A DNA stretch of 39,265 nucleotides from an uncultured Flavobacteriales bacterium (GTDB lineage Bacteria; Bacteroidota; Bacteroidia; Flavobacteriales; UBA7312), in the NCBI GenBank assembly GCA_964009845.1, contig CAXGIQ010000002.1, positions 1-39,265 on the forward strand, in the 5' to 3' direction. The notes under the pieces are model-generated. The model was not told where the DNA came from and did not search any database. It worked only from the letters and a program-made list of their open reading frames with translations. Shown here in pieces: positions 6,637-15,409 of this stretch (the first letter of the stretch is position 1; every line of letters starts with the position of its first letter). Position numbers and translations under genes: made by a program.

Positions 6637-8532
6637 TTAATGAATAGCTCCTTGTTTTATTTCATCCACTACCGAAGGATCTAATAAGGTGCTAGTGTCA
6701 CCAAGGTTACTCGCCTCTCCAGAGGCTACTTTTCTTAATATTCTCCTCATTATTTTACCTGATCTTGTTTTAGGCAACCCACTTACCACTTGTATTTTAT
6801 CTGGTTTAGCAATTGGCCCAATAACTTGTGCTACCTGCTTAAGAATAGCTGTTTTTAATACTTCTTCATTTTCAACTTCATCATCACAAATAACAAAAGC
6901 ATAAATCCCTTGCCCTTTAATTTCATGCGGATAACCAACTACAGCAGACTCTACAACTTCTTCATAAGTGTTGATTGCATTTTCAACCTCTGCAGTCCCT
7001 ATGCGATGTCCTGAAACATTGATTACATCATCCACCCTTCCAGTAATTCGATAAAAACCATCTTCATCTCTTCGGCAGCCATCACCGGTGAAATATTTAT
7101 CTTTATAAGTGGAGAAATATACTTGTCGGCATCGTTCATGATCGCCATATGTTGTGCGTATCATAGATGGCCAGGGATACTTAATACATAAGTTTCCACT
7201 TACACTATTCCCTTCTATCTCTTGCCCATTGGCATCCACTAAACAAGGTTGTATCCCTGGTAAAGGTAAAGTAGCATAGGTTGGTTTCAATTCCGTAATT
7301 CCTGCTAATGGAGAAATCATGATTCCGCCGGTTTCAGTCTGCCACCAAGTATCCACTATAGGGCATTTTTCTTTTCCTATATGTTCGTGATACCATTGCC
7401 AAGCTTCTTCATTGATAGGCTCTCCAACAGTTCCCAACACCTTTAAAGAATTGAGTTTATAAGGTTTTACATAATCCAAACCCTTAGCTTGTAAAGCACG
7501 AATAGCTGTCGGTGCAGTGTAGAAAATATTCACTTTATATTTATCTACAACATCCCAAAAACGACCAGCATCAGGATAGGTAGGAACACCTTCAAACATC
7601 ATGGTTGTTGCTCCTGCAAGTAGAGGCCCATAAATAATATAGGAATGCCCCGTAATCCAACCTATATCAGCTGTACACCAATACACATCTCCATCTTCAT
7701 ATTGAAACACATTACGAAATGAATACTCAGCATATACCATATAGCCAGCTGTAGTGTGCACTACTCCTTTTGGTTTTCCGGTGGACCCCGAAGTATATAA
7801 TACAAATAAAGGATCTTCAGAATTCATCACTTCCGCTGGACGAATCTCACTAGCTGAGATCATTTCTTCATGCCACCAAACATCTCTTCCTTCCTGCATA
7901 TAAGCCTCTTCTTTAGTGCGCTCCAATACAATTACTTTTTCCACCGAATCGCACTGTTGTAGCCCTTCATCTACAATAGCTTTTAATCCTATTGTTTTAG
8001 TTCCTCTAAAAGCGCCATCTGCTGTAACTACAAGATTACAAGAAGCATCGTTAATTCTGTCTGCTAAAGATTGAGCCGAGAATCCTGCAAACACCACCGA
8101 GTGAATAGCTCCTATGCGAGCACACGCTAACACAGCAATAGCCAGTTCTGGCACCATAGGCATATATAGGCAAACACGATCTCCTTTTTTGGCGCCATTG
8201 GAACGCAAAACATTCGAAAATTTACAAACCTCTCTATACAGTTCCTCATAAGATAAGCACCTGCTCACTTCATTCGGATCATTAGGTACCCAATTAATTG
8301 CTGTTTTATCCCCTCTTTTCTTGAGGTGTCTGTCTAAACAATTTTCGGTGATATTAAGCTTACCGCCTTCAAACCATTTAACATTTGGCTCGTTAAAATT
8401 CCAATTCAAAACACTATCCCACTTCTTGTACCAATAAAAACTGTTGGCTTTCCCTGCCCAAAAAAGCTCTGGAGTTGCTACACTCCTCGCATATTCCGAT
8501 TGATACTCTTCATAGGTGTTTATCTTCTTCAT
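6637..8532 (-). CDS. acs: Acetyl-CoA synthetase (AMP-forming)
   Basis: 631 aa. The AMP-binding signature YTSGSTGKPKG is present, and length and end-to-end similarity are typical of Acs. Confidence 0.95.
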   Translation of the reverse strand: MKKINTYEEYQSEYARSVATPELFWAGKANSFYWYKKWDSVLNWNFNEPNVKWFEGGKLNITENCLDRHLKKRGDKTAINWVPNDPNEVSRCLSYEELYREVCKFSNVLRSNGAKKGDRVCLYMPMVPELAIAVLACARIGAIHSVVFAGFSAQSLADRINDASCNLVVTADGAFRGTKTIGLKAIVDEGLQQCDSVEKVIVLERTKEEAYMQEGRDVWWHEEMISASEIRPAEVMNSEDPLFVLYTSGSTGKPKGVVHTTAGYMVYAEYSFRNVFQYEDGDVYWCTADIGWITGHSYIIYGPLLAGATTMMFEGVPTYPDAGRFWDVVDKYKVNIFYTAPTAIRALQAKGLDYVKPYKLNSLKVLGTVGEPINEEAWQWYHEHIGKEKCPIVDTWWQTETGGIMISPLAGITELKPTYATLPLPGIQPCLVDANGQEIEGNSVSGNLCIKYPWPSMIRTTYGDHERCRQVYFSTYKDKYFTGDGCRRDEDGFYRITGRVDDVINVSGHRIGTAEVENAINTYEEVVESAVVGYPHEIKGQGIYAFVICDDEVENEEVLKTAILKQVAQVIGPIAKPDKIQVVSGLPKTRSGKIMRRILRKVASGEASNLGDTSTLLDPSVVDEIKQGAIH

Positions 8533-8575
8533 TTTTACTCATATTTATTTAACTATCAATTCACATTGATAAATT

Positions 8576-8583
8576 CAAATATA
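8576..8583 (-). promoter_or_regulatory. Bacteroidota -7 promoter box (TATATTTG on the minus strand) for acs
   Basis: The reverse complement of caaatata matches TAnnTTTG. It lies about 43 nt upstream of the acs start. Confidence 0.45.
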
Positions 8584-8596
8584 AAAGATAAAATAG

Positions 8597-8604
8597 TAAG
8601 TTTG
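8597..8604 (+). promoter_or_regulatory. Bacteroidota -7 promoter box (TAAGTTTG) for the LTD - TonB receptor - HKD operon
   Basis: Exact TAnnTTTG match. It overlaps the ORF-track GTG start at 8604, which argues for ATG 8631 as the real start. Confidence 0.5.
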
Positions 8605-8630
8605 TGAAGTATAACCAAAAACTACAATCA

Positions 8631-9554
8631 ATGAAAAAGATTATTATTATTCCATTATTTTTAATAGGCTTTGTTGCAATAGCACAAGATTGTTCTAACC
8701 TATTTATTTCAGAATATGTTGAAGGCCCAGGGAATAACAATGCTATAGAAATTTACAACCCCACTACAGAAACAATAAGTTTAGATGGATACTCTATTAA
8801 CAGATATTCTAATGGAGACCCTGACATAGGAGAGACATGGCCCCTTAGCGGATCATTAGAGTCTGGACAAGCTATTTCTATTGGAAATGGACAAGTTGAT
8901 TCTGTTTGGGTTGACGGACTTGGATACTGGTCTTTACCTGTAGACAACGCTTTTTACAATGCCTGCGACCTACATTGTAGTGGAGAGTATCCAACTCCAT
9001 TTTACTTCAATGGAGATGATGCAATAACTCTTGAAAAAGACGGTCAAAAAGTTGATATCTTTGGAAAGATAGAACAAGACCCAGGAGGTGCGTGGACAGA
9101 TGATCCTTCTGCAGGGTTTACTGATGCCAATGGAGGAGATTGGTGGACTAAAAGAAAAACTTTAGTGAGGAAAGCATCTATTAAGTCTGGAGTCTCTACT
9201 AATCCAGTAGTATTTAACCCAACACTTGAATGGGATTCTTTACCTGATGGAACATATGATAATTTAGGATATCATGATTGTGATTGTCCAACAGAAACGG
9301 TAGGTATTAAAGACAATCAAATCTCATATTTTTTATTTCCAAATCCAGCAACTATATCTAATGGTTTTGAAATCACTGCTTCAGAAGAAATACTGTCTTA
9401 TAAATTACACAATATTTTGGGAGGTGTTGTGCTAGAAAATTCTGCTCACACTTTTAAAGCAAGCGTAAATACTTTTGGCCTTGCTAAAGGCATTTACACT
9501 TTAAGTTTAAAATTTGAGAATCAAACGAAACTAGAGAAAATACTTATACAATAA
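8631..9554 (+). CDS. Secreted lamin-tail-domain (LTD) protein with a T9SS type-A C-terminal sorting domain
   Basis: Signal peptide: MKKIIIIPLFLIGFVAIA/QD. LTD pattern at about 8691-9278: LFISEYVEGPGNNNAIEIYNPT...FNGDDAITL...TLVRK...EWDSL. C-terminal sorting domain at about 9321-9551: FLFPNPATISNGFEITAS...AKGIYTLSL. Confidence 0.8.
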   Translation: MKKIIIIPLFLIGFVAIAQDCSNLFISEYVEGPGNNNAIEIYNPTTETISLDGYSINRYSNGDPDIGETWPLSGSLESGQAISIGNGQVDSVWVDGLGYWSLPVDNAFYNACDLHCSGEYPTPFYFNGDDAITLEKDGQKVDIFGKIEQDPGGAWTDDPSAGFTDANGGDWWTKRKTLVRKASIKSGVSTNPVVFNPTLEWDSLPDGTYDNLGYHDCDCPTETVGIKDNQISYFLFPNPATISNGFEITASEEILSYKLHNILGGVVLENSAHTFKASVNTFGLAKGIYTLSLKFENQTKLEKILIQ

Positions 9555-9572
9555 CAACAGAAACCTTCTTTC

Positions 9573-12434
9573 ATGAAATCATTTTTAAGTGTATTTCTGT
9601 GTTTGTTCGCTATACTTTTCTCTCATGCACAAAACATAACAGGAAAAGTGTATGATGATTCTAGTGGGGAACCATTAATTGGAGCAACTGTCACTTTTAA
9701 TGATAAGTTTGGAGCCATCACTAATCTTGATGGTGGGTTTTCGTTTTATATAAATTCCGAAAAAGAAGAATCTCATATTGAAGTTTCGTATGTTGGTTTT
9801 GAACCAAAAAGTCAGATTGTTAATATTAAGAATGAATCTTTATTTCTTGAGTTTAGGTTAAATTCAATACAACTTAATGAAGTTAATGTTGTGGCAGATG
9901 TTGCTCGAGACAGACATACTCCCGTTGCATTTTCTACAATTCCAGTTAAAAAAATAGCTGAAGAGCTTGCTTCTCAAGATGTTCCCATGATTTTAAACTC
10001 TACTCCGGGAGTATACGCAACCCAAAGTGGGGGCGGTGATGGAGATGCGAGAATTACAATTAGAGGATTCAACCAGCGTAATGTTGCTGTAATGATAGAT
10101 GGCATACCTGTTAACGACATGGAAAACGGATGGGTATACTGGAGCAACTGGTTTGGGTTAGACGCTGTAACATCCAACATTCAAGTACAAAGAGGTTTAG
10201 GGGCTTCTAAAATTGCTATCCCATCTGTTGGGGGAACCATGAATATCCTTACGAAAGGAATTAGCAATAAAGAAGAATTTAAAATTAAACAAGAAATCGG
10301 TTCTTTTGGAAAGTTGAGAACATCAATAGGATACAACTCTGGAAAACTAAAAAGAGGATGGGGATATACATTAGCTTCATCCTATAAAAGAGGAAATGGA
10401 TTTGTAGATGAAACTTGGACCGAAGGATTTTTCTACTACACAAAAATTCAAAAAGAATTAGGGAAGCATACCTTTAGTGTTTCAGCAATGGGTGCACCTC
10501 AAAAGCATGGACAACGCTCCTACAAAAGCGATATTGCAACATATGATGCAGATTACGCTTCTTCAATAGGAGTGCATGATTCTACTTTTGGAGAATTCAA
10601 CAACTTAGGAATTAACTACAACAAACATTGGGGATTTTTAAATCGATGGACAGTTAATAACGAAGGAGATACTCTTCATTCAAATAGCACACTTAACACT
10701 AAACAAAATTATTATCACAAACCTCAGTTTTCCATCCGCGATTTTTGGGCTGTAAATAACAAACTATACATATCAAACATCATCTATGCTTCTATTGGTC
10801 ATGGAGGAGGAACAGGCTTAAGCGGAAATTATGACAACTATGATTCAAATGGTCAATACAACTTACAATCTGTTTACGATTTCAATAGCACAAGTATTAA
10901 CGCTGATTATTCTAATGACTTAACCATTGCTGACACTTATATCAGAACTGCAATTAACAATCACTATTGGTACGGCTTATTATCAACTGCTAATTATCAG
11001 GCTAGTGAAGAATGGACATTCTCTGGCGGCATTGACCTACGTTCATATAAAGGTGAGCATTACCGAGAAGTATACGACTTATTAGGAGCAGATTATGTTG
11101 TAGAGGAAGGCGCAAACTTACTTCAAACATCTCAGATAAAAACCTCCGGCGACATTGTCGGATACCATAATGACGGATTAGTAAAATGGAGCGGAGTCTT
11201 TGCGCAAGCAGAGTATAGTAACAATAAGCTTAGTGCATTTTTTAATGTCTCCGGCTCTAATTCTGCTTACAAACGAATTGATTACTTCAAAAAAATGAAC
11301 CTTTTAATAGGTGATGTCGTATTGGAAGACACTTTAGGAACAAGTGTCGCCACTGTCTACAACTACAATGTAGATGGAACAGAAATATCTTCATTGGAAT
11401 ACGATCAAGAATTAGCCTCTTTTTTAACATCAATAACTAAAGAAACTGTTATTGACACAGTATATTACAATGGCATTGCTTACACCATTTTTTCACCGGA
11501 AGCACAACATTCACAAACGAACTGGAAGTGGATAAGAGGATATACTTTTAAAGGAGGAGCAAACTACAACATTGATGATAAACAAAATGTGTTTTTTAAT
11601 ACAGGCTATATTTCAAAAGCACCAAGATTTAACAATGTTTACGACTATAATAATGAGTTATGGGGAGACATTAGGAATGAAATAGTAAAGGCTGCGGAAG
11701 GGGGTTATTCGTATCGATCCCCATCCTTTTCAGCCAACATTAACACCTACTATACTATTTGGGAAAACAAGCCTGTAAATAGTGGCATAACATTAGAAGA
11801 TGATGATGGCAATAGAATTAAAGGAAATATAAACGGAATAGATGCTCTACATAAAGGAGTTGAATTAGATTTTGCAGTCCCTATTAATCGACAGCTTACA
11901 ATTGAAGGTCTCCTTTCTTTTGGCGATTGGCGATGGACTTCAGAAGAAACTATTTTATATTATGATGATTCAGGCAATCCATATATTGACCCTAACACCA
12001 ATGAGCAAGCTACTACATATTTTGACGCAAGAGGCGTACATGTTGGAGATGCAGCTCAAACACAAGTTGGATCAAGCGTACGATTTGAGCCAAGTTCTAA
12101 AACTTATATTAAATTAAGAGGTACTTATTTCGACAGGTACTTTGCTGATTTTGACCCATCGTCCTTAAACGAAGAAAATGCCGGAAGAGCATCTTGGAAA
12201 ATCCCATCGTACAAAACTTTTGACTTACATTGCGGACATACATTTTCTACGTTTCAAAATAGCAAGTTAAATCTCAGATTAAGCATACTTAATCTTTTAA
12301 ACGAAATTTATATTTCTGACGCACAAAATAATGACGGGTATAACGCTAACTATTCAGACTTTGACGCAAAATCAGCAGGAGTGTTTTTTGGATTAGGAAG
12401 ACGCATCAATTTATCCGTACAACTTAAATTTTAA
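9573..12434 (+). CDS. TonB-dependent outer-membrane receptor (CarboxypepD_reg-like N-domain + plug + barrel); no SusD partner
   Basis: 953 aa with a signal peptide. N-domain: ITGKVYDDSSGEPLIGATVTF. Plug: ITIRGFNQRNVAVMIDGIPVND...VQRGLGAS. The C-terminus ends ...LSVQLKF with a terminal Phe. The next gene is not SusD-like. Confidence 0.9.
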   Translation: MKSFLSVFLCLFAILFSHAQNITGKVYDDSSGEPLIGATVTFNDKFGAITNLDGGFSFYINSEKEESHIEVSYVGFEPKSQIVNIKNESLFLEFRLNSIQLNEVNVVADVARDRHTPVAFSTIPVKKIAEELASQDVPMILNSTPGVYATQSGGGDGDARITIRGFNQRNVAVMIDGIPVNDMENGWVYWSNWFGLDAVTSNIQVQRGLGASKIAIPSVGGTMNILTKGISNKEEFKIKQEIGSFGKLRTSIGYNSGKLKRGWGYTLASSYKRGNGFVDETWTEGFFYYTKIQKELGKHTFSVSAMGAPQKHGQRSYKSDIATYDADYASSIGVHDSTFGEFNNLGINYNKHWGFLNRWTVNNEGDTLHSNSTLNTKQNYYHKPQFSIRDFWAVNNKLYISNIIYASIGHGGGTGLSGNYDNYDSNGQYNLQSVYDFNSTSINADYSNDLTIADTYIRTAINNHYWYGLLSTANYQASEEWTFSGGIDLRSYKGEHYREVYDLLGADYVVEEGANLLQTSQIKTSGDIVGYHNDGLVKWSGVFAQAEYSNNKLSAFFNVSGSNSAYKRIDYFKKMNLLIGDVVLEDTLGTSVATVYNYNVDGTEISSLEYDQELASFLTSITKETVIDTVYYNGIAYTIFSPEAQHSQTNWKWIRGYTFKGGANYNIDDKQNVFFNTGYISKAPRFNNVYDYNNELWGDIRNEIVKAAEGGYSYRSPSFSANINTYYTIWENKPVNSGITLEDDDGNRIKGNINGIDALHKGVELDFAVPINRQLTIEGLLSFGDWRWTSEETILYYDDSGNPYIDPNTNEQATTYFDARGVHVGDAAQTQVGSSVRFEPSSKTYIKLRGTYFDRYFADFDPSSLNEENAGRASWKIPSYKTFDLHCGHTFSTFQNSKLNLRLSILNLLNEIYISDAQNNDGYNANYSDFDAKSAGVFFGLGRRINLSVQLKF

Positions 12435-12439
12435 CTCTT

Positions 12440-14596
12440 ATGAGATCATTCAGTATTATTCTTTGCTTATTATTTTCAATCACAAGTACAGCACAAACAA
12501 TAGCAGAAGCTAGAGCTATGGGAGTTGGAGCTACCGTCACAGTAAATGGTATTGTAACAAATGGAGAAGAATTAGGTGATATTAGATATATAGAAGACGC
12601 GACAGCGGGTATTGGTATTTATGAACCAGCAATTATGAATAGCGTAGAGAGAGGTGATAGCATTACAGTAACTGGCGAGTTAGTCGATTTCTACGGACTT
12701 TTAGAAATACAACCCGTTAATAATTTAACTACACATAATAATGGATACTCTATCACCCCTCAGTTGATTACACCTAGCGAAATGGGGGAAGACACAGAGG
12801 GTGAACTAGTTAGAATCAATAACCTAATTTTTGATAATGGCGGAGGTATTTTTAGCTCTGGAACACATGGATTTGTTGCCAATGGAGAGGCGGGCGTAAT
12901 TTATATTAAAAATGGATCTCCATTGGTTGGAGAATTAATTCCTGTTGAAGAAATTGGTTTAATTGGAATTTCTTCTCAATATACATTTACTGGATTTGGG
13001 GGGTATCAATTGCTGCCAAGAGATATAAATGACTTTATATTTAGTGACGGGGTGTTAATTACGAGCCCTTTAACACAATCGAATATTTCAACAACATCTT
13101 TTGACATAAGTTGGAACACAAGTATGTATGCTAGTTCCGAGTGTTTTTATGGATTAACTTCTGCATTAGAACTAGGATTGCTTAGTGAAAGCACTAACAC
13201 GAGCGAACATGTTCTTAATATTAACAATTTGACACCTGGAAATATCTATTATGTCATGGCTTTTTCAGTCGCTAATGGTGATACCGCATTTTCAAATTTA
13301 TCCGTTTTTGCTACAGCATCTCTTTCATCAGGAACAATGAAGGCTTATTTTAATCAATCTGTAGACAATAGCGTTGCGACTATAGAAAATGCTCAAAACA
13401 TTTCTGTGTTTTTTAACGACACAATCAAGGCATATCTTGATCGAGCTAATGAAAGCATAGATATTGCTATCTATAATCATTCTGATGCTCTGATAACAAC
13501 CGCTATCAATGATGCTTATGAAAGAGGTGTTCAAATACGATACATCAGCTGTGGCACTACTGCATCTACAGCTATTGGAGATTTTAACAACAATATCCCC
13601 ACCTTAGAAAGACCTGATGATGGGTCAGGGTTAATGCATAATAAGTTTGTCATTATTGATGCTAACAATGCAGACAGTTCTTGGGTGATTTCTGGCGGCA
13701 CAAATTGGACAAACAATCAACTTTTTGATGACTTTAATAATCTTATTTTAATTCAAGATCAATCATTAGCTAAAGCTTATGAAATAGAATTTGAAGAAAT
13801 GTGGGGGAGCAATAGCTTAATCCCAGATCAATTGAATGCAAAGTTTGGTCCTAACAAATCTGATAATACTCCTCATGAATTTTTAATAAATGGAAAACGA
13901 GTAGAATTATATTTTTCTCCTTCTGATCAAACTACTAATAAAATTATTACTGCTATAGAATCTACTGATAATGACGCACATTTTGGAACATTAGTTTTTA
14001 CAAAAAATGAACTCGCCTGGGCTTTAGAGGATGTTTTTAACAATGACTCTGAAGTAACCGGAATCATTGAGCAAATCAATACTCAAGGGTCTGAATACGA
14101 ATACCTATTAGATTTAGGCATTGATGTTCGGTCGCACATGGGGGTTAGCGGGCAATTTCATCATAAATATTGTGTTATTGATCAAGCTGAAACAACTTCT
14201 GATCCATTAGTAATTACTGGATCACATAATTGGTCAAGCGCAGCAGAAAACAAGAATGATGAAAACACACTTATTATTCATGATGCTAATATTGCCAATC
14301 AATATTATCAAGAATATATAGAACGGTTTAATGAGCTGTCTCAAGCAACACTTGCTTCATGGAATTGTGTAAGTGATGCTTGTATAGATCCAGGTGATGG
14401 TAGTGGAACTTTTAACTCTTTAGCATCATGTGTGGCATCATGTACAAGCAGTATTGAAGAGTGTGAAATTGAAAAAGGAAAACTTTTATACATTACCGAT
14501 GCACTAGGTCGTAAAACAGCAGCCAAAAAAGGAGAAGTCCAATTCTATATTTACCAAAACGGAACAGTAAAAAAACAACTCCAATTAAAACCATAA
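12440..14596 (+). CDS. Secreted two-HKD phospholipase D / Nuc-like phosphodiesterase with an OB-like N-module, Fn3, a 4-Cys module and a T9SS C-terminal sorting domain
   Basis: Signal peptide: MRSFSIILCLLFSITSTA/Q. HKD motif 1 is HNKFVIID at 13637-13660, followed by GGTNWT. HKD motif 2 is HHKYCVID at 14159-14182, followed by GSHNWS. The Fn3-like stretch is at about aa 204-291. The C-terminus reads LLYITDALGRK...FYIYQNGTVKK. Confidence 0.85.
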   Translation: MRSFSIILCLLFSITSTAQTIAEARAMGVGATVTVNGIVTNGEELGDIRYIEDATAGIGIYEPAIMNSVERGDSITVTGELVDFYGLLEIQPVNNLTTHNNGYSITPQLITPSEMGEDTEGELVRINNLIFDNGGGIFSSGTHGFVANGEAGVIYIKNGSPLVGELIPVEEIGLIGISSQYTFTGFGGYQLLPRDINDFIFSDGVLITSPLTQSNISTTSFDISWNTSMYASSECFYGLTSALELGLLSESTNTSEHVLNINNLTPGNIYYVMAFSVANGDTAFSNLSVFATASLSSGTMKAYFNQSVDNSVATIENAQNISVFFNDTIKAYLDRANESIDIAIYNHSDALITTAINDAYERGVQIRYISCGTTASTAIGDFNNNIPTLERPDDGSGLMHNKFVIIDANNADSSWVISGGTNWTNNQLFDDFNNLILIQDQSLAKAYEIEFEEMWGSNSLIPDQLNAKFGPNKSDNTPHEFLINGKRVELYFSPSDQTTNKIITAIESTDNDAHFGTLVFTKNELAWALEDVFNNDSEVTGIIEQINTQGSEYEYLLDLGIDVRSHMGVSGQFHHKYCVIDQAETTSDPLVITGSHNWSSAAENKNDENTLIIHDANIANQYYQEYIERFNELSQATLASWNCVSDACIDPGDGSGTFNSLASCVASCTSSIEECEIEKGKLLYITDALGRKTAAKKGEVQFYIYQNGTVKKQLQLKP

Positions 14597-14602
14597 ATAA
14601 AA

Positions 14603-14630
14603 CCCCCGCAAATGCGGGGCTTTTATTTTC
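14603..14630. terminator. Intrinsic terminator ending the LTD-TBDR-HKD operon; probably also serves the convergent hydrolase gene
   Basis: GC-rich hairpin ccccgc-aaat-gcgggg, followed by cttttatttt. An A-rich tract lies upstream. Confidence 0.75.
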
Positions 14631-14641
14631 TATTTGTTTGT

Positions 14642-15409
14642 CTAATCTGCGATACAAAAACGCAATACCTCATCAAAAAAACGATTAGGTTGTTCCGCAT
14701 GTACCCAATGCCCTGCATCAACAATAGTCACAATCTCCGCCTCTGGAAAATGTTCCAATATCAAATCTTCATCCTCATCCATTATGTAAGCAGAAAAAGC
14801 GCCATCTACAAATAAGCAAGGACCCTTATACTCCATTTTATCAGCTAATACTTTTCCTACCTCTGTTATATTCTCAGCTATTGCCTCTAGGTTAAAACGA
14901 AAAGCCAATTGCTCTTTTTCCACCCAATACAAGCTCTTCAATAAAAACTGCCTAACACCAGCAGCATCAATATGTTCCGCTAATTTTCTGTCAGCCTCAC
15001 CGCGACTCCTTAGCACACTAAAATCTAAACTTTGTAAACCTTCAATAATCTTATCATGATGTACCGGATAAGCTTTTGGAGATATATCAACTACTATCAA
15101 TTTCTGCACCAAATCAGGATGCTTCACAGCAAGCTCCATAGCTGTTTTACCTCCCAAAGAGTGCCCCATCAAAAGCACATTGTTTAACTTATGCTCTTTT
15201 ATATACTTCACCAAATCATTAGCCAACACCTCATAATTAAAAACCGTACTATGTGGCGATCTACCATGGTTTCTTTGATCGATTAAATGTACTTCGTAAA
15301 AATCAGCAAATTTCTTACCTAAACTCAGCCAATTATCCGACATGCCAAACAAACCATGTACAATGAGAAGTGGCTGCCCCTCTCCCATTATTCTTGAAAA
15401 AAGTTTCAC
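14642..15409 (-). CDS. Alpha/beta-fold hydrolase (YbfF-like esterase)
   Basis: 255 aa. The nucleophile elbow GHSLGG is present, with HGLFG near the N-terminus and DAGHWVH near the C-terminus. It overlaps pdxJ by 4 nt. Confidence 0.85.
   Translation of the reverse strand: MKLFSRIMGEGQPLLIVHGLFGMSDNWLSLGKKFADFYEVHLIDQRNHGRSPHSTVFNYEVLANDLVKYIKEHKLNNVLLMGHSLGGKTAMELAVKHPDLVQKLIVVDISPKAYPVHHDKIIEGLQSLDFSVLRSRGEADRKLAEHIDAAGVRQFLLKSLYWVEKEQLAFRFNLEAIAENITEVGKVLADKMEYKGPCLFVDGAFSAYIMDEDEDLILEHFPEAEIVTIVDAGHWVHAEQPNRFFDEVLRFCIAD

Noticed and set aside
8554-8583. Fur-box interpretation of the ATTGATAAATTCAAAT region upstream of the TonB-receptor operon
   Set aside because: It only partly resembles the GATAAT hexamer array. 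The palindrome half-sites (TATCAAT) do not match the Fur consensus well enough to call. It is kept only as an unassigned inverted repeat.
12440-14596. The HKD/PLD-family protein as an intracellular defence or restriction-type nuclease
   Set aside because: It has an N-terminal signal peptide and a T9SS C-terminal sorting domain, and it is co-transcribed with an outer-membrane receptor. It is therefore extracellular. No methylase, ATPase or other defence partners are present.
14612-14815. 67-aa plus-strand ORF starting inside the terminator hairpin
   Set aside because: Its start codon lies in the descending arm of the ccccgc/gcgggg terminator, and the rest is antisense to the alpha/beta hydrolase gene.
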